Source: Macrostomum hystrix (lineage: Eukaryota; Animalia; Platyhelminthes). From it: 64,000 nt of DNA. The translations under genes were made by a program, and so were the position numbers. The stretch lies in contig CATNEN010000002.1 in NCBI GenBank assembly GCA_950097015.1, positions 7,316,001-7,380,000 of the forward strand, given 5' to 3'. Shown piece by piece: positions 58,146 to 64,000 of this stretch (the first letter of the stretch is position 1; each line of letters starts with the position of its first letter). The notes beneath the pieces are model-generated. The model was given only the letters and a program-made list of their open reading frames with translations. It ran no database searches and was not told the DNA's origin.

Positions 58146-59660
58146 GATCGGTGGACAGACAGTCTGTCTTTGAGATTGGTGGACAGACAGCCTGTCTTTG
58201 AGATTGGTGGACAGACAGCCTGTCTTTGAGGTTGGTGGACAGACAGCCTGTCTTTGAGATTGGTGGACAGACAGCCTGTCTTTGAGGTTGGTGGACAGAC
58301 ATCCTGTCTTTGAGATTGGTGGACAGACAGCCTGTCTTTGAGATTGGTGGACAGACAGTCTGTCTTTGAGGTTGGTGGACAGACAGCCTGTCTTTGAGAT
58401 TGGTGGACAGACAGCCTGTCTTTGAGATTGGTGGACAGACAGCCTGTCTTTGAGATTGGTGGACAGACAGCCTGTCTTTGAGGTTGGTGGACAGACAGCC
58501 TGTCTTTGAGGTTAGTGGACAGACAGCCTGTCTTTGAGGTTGGTGGACAGACAGTCTGTCTTTGAGGTTGGTGGACAGACAGCCTGTCTTTGAGATTGGT
58601 GGACAGACAGCCTGTCTTTGAGATTGGTGGACAGACAGCCTGTCTTTGAGGTTGGTGGACAGACAGCCTGTCTTTGAGGTTGGTGGACAGACAGTCTGTC
58701 TTTGAGGTTGGTGGACAGACAGCCTGTCTTTGAGATTGGTGGACAGACAGCCTGTCTTTGAGATTGGTGGACAGACAGCCTGTCTTTGAGGTTGGTGGAC
58801 AGACAGTCTGTCTTTGAGGTTGGTGGACAGACAGCCTGTCTTTGAGATTGGTGGACAGACAGCCTGTCTTTGAGATTGGTGGACAGACAGCCTGTCTTTG
58901 AGGTTGGTGGACAGACAGCCTGTCTTTGAGGTTGGTGGACAGACAGTCTGTCTTTGAGGTTGGTGGACAGACAGCCTGTCTTTGAGATTGGTGGACAGAC
59001 AGCCTGTCTTTGAGATTGGTGGACAGACAGCCTGTCTTTGAGGTTGGTGGACAGACAGTCTGTCTTTGAGGTTGGTGGACAGACAGCCTGTCTTTGAGAT
59101 TGGTGGACAGACAGCCTGTCTTTGAGATTGGTGGACAGACAGCCTGTCTTTGAGGTTAGTGGACAGACAGCCTGTCTTTGAGGTTGGTGGACAGACAGCC
59201 TGTCTTTGAGATTGGTGGACAGACAGCCTGTCTTTGAGGTTAGTGGACAGACAGCCTGTCTTTGAGATTGGTGGACAGACAGCCTGTCTTTGAGGTTAGT
59301 GGACAGACAGCCTGTCTTTGAGGTTGGTGGACAGACAGCCTGTCTTTGAGGTTAGTGGACAGACAGCCTGTCTTTGAGGTTGGTGGACAGACAGCCTGTC
59401 TTTGAGGTTAGTGGACAGACAGCCTGTCTTTGAGGTTGGTGGACAGACAGCCTGTCTTTGAGATTGGTGGACAGACAGCCTGTCTTTGAGGTTAGTGGAC
59501 AGACAGCCTGTCTTTGAGATTGGTGGACAGACAGCCTGTCTTTGAGATTGGTGGACAGACAGCCTGTCTTTGAGGTTAGTGGACAGACAGCCTGTCTTTG
59601 AGATTGGTGGACAGACAGCCTGTCTTTGAGGTTGGTGGACAGACAGCCTGTCTTTGAGGT
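58146..59660. repeat. 29-bp minisatellite of about 52 copies
   Basis: Unit TGAGATTGGTGGACAGACAGCCTGTCTTT. Confidence 0.95.
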
Positions 59661-60187
59661 TTTGCAAAGTTTCCACAAATTCCCAATACTACGAAAAGTT
59701 AAGTTTTTTGTTGCAAGTATATATGACGTTTTTTAAATTCGTTAACAGTAATGACAAATATAAAGTATGATACATATATAACACGATGTCATTGTTAATG
59801 CGAATTAGTTTTTACTCATAAACTACATTCAATACTTTTGAAAGTGAATCAGATTAGAAATCGAAACGTTACCCTGCGTATTCTCAGGTAACTAACCTGT
59901 TGCTGAGTCGAGTAATTTATTTAATGAGTCAAGAAAATTTCTATTTTAAGCTCCACACATCAGGGCTGTACCGTGTGCGGCTCTGTGCTGTACAATGAGA
60001 ATGCTACTGGGGTGATAACAAGAGTGTACAATCGGCCTAAAATTTTAGGCCAAGCACAGACTCGAAGGTTAAAATAGCTATGTCGTGTTTAGTTCCATGT
60101 TAATCTAAAACGAGTTCACATTTAAATTTTTCCAACAATTTGAATTTGACTTCACGACCGACTCAGGACTGCTCAACTTGTTAAAGC

Positions 60188-61553
60188 ATGCGGCTAGGTG
60201 ACCATCTTCTTGCAGCCATCCTTCTCGGTGAGTGCAGATAACAGCTACTGTGCCGGCCGAGCTCTTGTACAGGTGGGTGTACACAAGATCAGGGATATGA
60301 GGTGAAAATAGAAGATAAATATATCACAGGGATACAGCTAAGATCCGGAGTTACTGGTCTGAGAGAAACAGATAACAGTCCTGTATAAGCGCCCTAAGTT
60401 TTACACTCCGCGGCTGCGCCCAACCCAAATGAGTTTGGCCTCGCTGCGGATTTCCACTCCGACTGTCTATGGGCAAACTCTCAACAAAAATCCACTCCAG
60501 TCAGCCTCTTGGCGGTGTTGCACGCAGCCGCAGCCGCAGCTGAGCGAGCCAATCAGCAACTGGCAGCCTGCAGGCGGGAGATGCTGCCGTCAGATGCGAG
60601 CCAGTGCAGCCTCAGGCCGTGCAGCCCGGGCCTGTATCTGGGTGCCGACTGCACCTGCCACGGCTGCCCGGAGCCCGGGGACAAGCCGAGACAGCCGGCT
60701 GTGCGGTGGAGGCACTTTTGCATTCGACTGCTTGGACTGTGCCCGGAAATCACCACCGCTGGTTAGTGACGGCTGATGGGATAATTCAGGGAATTGGATA
60801 ATTCAGGTAAGGATAATTCAGGTGGATAATTCAGGTGGATAATTCAGGGCATGGGATAATTCCGGTATGGATAATTCAGGTGTGGATAATTCAGGGCATG
60901 GGATAATTCCGGTATGGATAATTCAGGGCATGGATAATTCAGATATGGATAATTCAGGGTATGGGATAATTCCGGTATGGATAATTCAGATATGGATAAT
61001 TCAGGGCATGGGATAATTCAGGGCATAGGATAATTCAGGGCATGGGATAATTCAGATATGGATAATTCAGGGTATGGATAATTCAGGGTATGGGATAATT
61101 CAGGTACGGATAATTCAGGTAGATAATTCAGGGCATGGGATAATTCCGGTATGGATAATTCAGGGTATGGATAATTCAGGGTATGGATAATTCAGGGTAT
61201 GGATAATTCAGGGCATGGGATAATTCAGATATGGATAATTCAGGGTATGGATAATTCAGGGCATGGATAATTCAGGGATGGGATAATTCAGGGGATGAGA
61301 TAATTCAGGGTATGGGATAATTCAGGGGATGGGACAAGTCACGGGCAGGGGAAATTCGTGGGATGGTAAGACTCTGGTTATGGGATGAAAAAAGTAATGG
61401 GAAAATTCAGGGACGGGACGAGACACACAATGGGGTGAATCGAGTAATGTGACTTTGCCAGCTACTTCATACGGCCTTGATATGCTGATCACAAAGCAGG
61501 ACAAGAACTGATAGACGGACTGCTGCCGATGGCCTCGCCAGGTCTATCCCTTG
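60188..61553 (+). CDS. 5' part of a secreted or membrane Cys-rich protein; exons 60188-60227, 60501-60761, probably 61500-61553; 3' end unresolved
   Basis: Splicing G|TC joins MRLGDHLLAAILL to VSLLAVLHAAAAAAERANQQ, giving a signal peptide. It is followed by CSLRPCSPGLYLGADCTCHGCPEPG...FCIRLLGLC. Phase-1 donors are gtgagt, gttagt and gtaaat. Confidence 0.55.
60775..61330. repeat. 16/17-bp minisatellite
   Basis: Unit GGATAATTCAGGGTAT(G). Confidence 0.95.
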
Positions 61554-61989
61554 GTAAATTCTCTCATTAGCTGCTCAACATCTGCAGTGCTTTTCTGTAT
61601 TTTTTCTTTGATCTTGCCCAACAAAGAAAAATCGACAGACTTTGTCACGCGGCGCCTGGAAAGTCGATGCCGCTCGAGGGCAGGGCAAGGCGCGCCATTT
61701 CCTGGAAGTCCGCAAGAAGAAACTGACGGTCATGTGGGCCCAGGATTCCGTTACACCTGCGAATTAGCCTGAAACTGTTGAGACCAAATCAGAGCTCTAT
61801 TCGGTTGCGAAAAATGCCAAGGACTCAGCAGCGAGAATGGAAACAGGGGACGGGGATCAGGTGCTTCCCGGGGGCTGAAATGTCAGCCTGGGGAAATCTA
61901 AATTATAGGGATATTCCATTGGGAAGTAGCGAATTATGAGACGAGAAACCCCTGGACAGCTTGGAGAGAGGGGAAATTAGAGAGACTGG

Positions 61990-64000
61990 GAGAATCTAAA
62001 GTGGGGAGATAAGATTGAGGGGAGATTGTAGAGAGGGAGATATTGGGGAGAGTTGGGGCTTGGAGAGAGCGGAGATTGTAAAGAGGGAGAAATTGTGGAG
62101 AGGGGGATATTGGGGAGAGGGAGAGATTGTTGAGGGGGACATTGTGGAGAGGGGGAGATTACGGAGAGGGGAGATTGTGGAGAGGGGGAGATTGTGGAGA
62201 GGGGGAGATTGTAGAGAGTGGAGATTGTGGAGATGGGAAGATTGTAGAGAGGGAGAGATTGTGGAGACGGGGAGGTTATTGAGAGAGGGAGATTGAGGAG
62301 AGGGGGGATATTTTAGAGAGGGGAGATTGTGAAGAGGGGGGTTGTGGATGGGGAGATTGTGGAGAGGGGGAGATTCTGGAGAGGGGGAAATTGTGGAAAG
62401 GGGGAGATTGTGGAGAGGGAGATTCTGGAGAGGGGGAGATTGTGGAGAGGGGGAGATTCTGGAGAGGGGGAGATTCTGGAGAGGGGAGATTGTGGAGAGG
62501 GGGAGATTGTGGAGAGGGGGAGATTGTGGAGAGGGAGAGATTGTGGAGAGGGGGAGATTCTGGAGAGGGGGAAATTGTGGAGAGGGGGAGATTCTGGAGA
62601 GGGGAGATTGTGGAGAGGGGGAGATTGTGGAGAGGGGGAGATTGTGGAGAGGGAGAAATTGTGGAGAGGGAGAAATTGTGGAGAGGGGGAGATTGTGGAG
62701 AGAGGGAGATTCTGGAGAGGGGGAGATTGTGGAGAGGGGGAGATTCTGGAGAGGGGGAGATTCTGGAGAGGGGAGATTGTGGAGAGGGGGAGATTGTGGA
62801 GAGGGGGAGATTGTGGAGAGGGGGACATTGTGGAGAGGGGGAGATTATGGAGAGGGGGAGATTGTAGAGAGTGGAGATTGTGGAGATGGGAAGATTGTAG
62901 AGAGGGAGAGATTGTGGAGACGGGGAGGTTATTGAGAGAGGGAGATTGAGGAGAGGGGGGATATTTTAGAGAGGGGAGATTGTGAAGAGGGGGGTTGTGG
63001 ATGGGGAGATTGTGGAGAGGGGGAGATTCTGGAGAGGGGAAGATTGTGGAGAGGGGGAGATTGTGGAGAGGGGGAGATTGTGGAGAGGGGGAGATTCTGG
63101 AGAGGGGGAAATTGTGGAAAGGGGGAGATTGTGGAGAGGGAGATTCTGGAGAGGGGGAGATTGTGGAGAGGGGGAGATTCTGGAGAGGGGGAGATTCTGG
63201 AGAGGGGAGATTGTGGAGAGGGGGAGATTGTGGAGAGGGGGAGATTGTGGAGAGGGAGAGATTGTGGAGAGGGGGAGATTCTGGAGAGGGGGAAATTGTG
63301 GAGAGGGGGAGATTCTGGAGAGGGGAGATTGTGGAGAGGGGGAGATTGTGGAGAGGGGGAGATTGTGGAGAGGGAGAAATTGTGGAGAGGGAGAAATTGT
63401 GGAGAGGGGGAGATTGTGGAGAGAGGGAGATTCTGGAGAGGGGGAGATTGTGGAGAGGGGGAGATTCTGGAGAGGGGGAGATTCTGGAGAGGGGAGATTG
63501 TGGAGAGGGGGAGATTGTGGAGAGGGGGAGATTGTGGAGAGGGGGACATTGTGGAGAGGGGGAGATTATGGAGAGGGGGAGATTGTAGAGAGTGGAGATT
63601 GTGGAGATGGGAAGATTGTAGAGAGGGAGAGATTGTGGAGACGGGGAGGTTATTGAGAGAGGGAGATTGAGGAGAGGGGGGATATTTTAGAGAGGGGAGA
63701 TTGTGAAGAGGGGGGTTGTGGATGGGGAGATTGTGGAGAGGGGGAGATTGTGGAGAGTGAGCGATTGTGGAGAGGGCGAGATTCTGGAGAGGGGGAAATT
63801 GTGGAGAGGGGGAGATTGTGGAGAGAGGGAGATTCTGGAGAGGGGGAGATTGTGGAGAGGGGGAGATTCTGGAGAGGGGGAGATTCTGGAGAGGGGGAGA
63901 TTCTGGAGAGGGGAGATTGTGGAGAGGGGGAGATTATGGAGAGGGGGAGATTGTGGAGAGGGGGAGATTATGGAGAGGGGGAGATTGTGGAGAGGGGGAG
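61990..64000. repeat. 17-bp G-rich minisatellite with a higher-order repeat
   Basis: Unit GGAGAGGGGGAGATTGT. A unique landmark block recurs at about 62296, 62949 and 63670. Confidence 0.95.

Noticed and set aside
1926-59660. 28-40 bp tandem arrays resembling CRISPR repeats (1926, 11811, 18618, 35872, 58146)
   Set aside because: The units are head-to-tail with no unique spacers, there are no cas genes, and the context is eukaryotic and intronic.
15784-63670. Long repetitive ORFs (15784-17054, 43852-44552, 50932-52087, 52633-53262, 55840-57694, 62313-63670)
   Set aside because: They are translations of stop-free minisatellites, open in several frames and on both strands, and mostly lie inside introns of supported genes.

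Overview
Eukaryotic (metazoan) genomic DNA. It has GC3-rich spliced exons, AT-rich spacers and roughly one third of the window in about 35 unrelated tandem arrays. This style resembles the free-living flatworm Macrostomum, which is my inference and was not searched. Gene models were spliced by hand. They are: a partial BIR-like exon (minus strand, running off the left edge); a 3-exon 14-3-3 epsilon gene (252 aa); a complete 26-exon type IV collagen alpha chain (1746 aa, 13074-30161); a caspase with intact His/Cys dyad preceded by a probable catalytically dead second caspase fold; an NPY/NPF-type GPCR; and the start of a secreted Cys-rich protein. Mobile DNA comprises a LOA/Lian-like LINE with an uninterrupted EN-RT-RNaseH ORF and 13-bp TSD, a decayed CRE-like LINE fragment, two tRNA-derived SINE families (one CORE-like), a Mutator-type MITE and a hAT MITE. 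The best leads are the single-chain pseudo-caspase/caspase tandem, a collagen IV lacking both sulfilimine residues, a minisatellite built from an exon/5' splice-site junction, and a 5'-truncated LINE whose flank supplies an in-frame ATG. No prokaryotic, CRISPR, rRNA or true tRNA features are supported.
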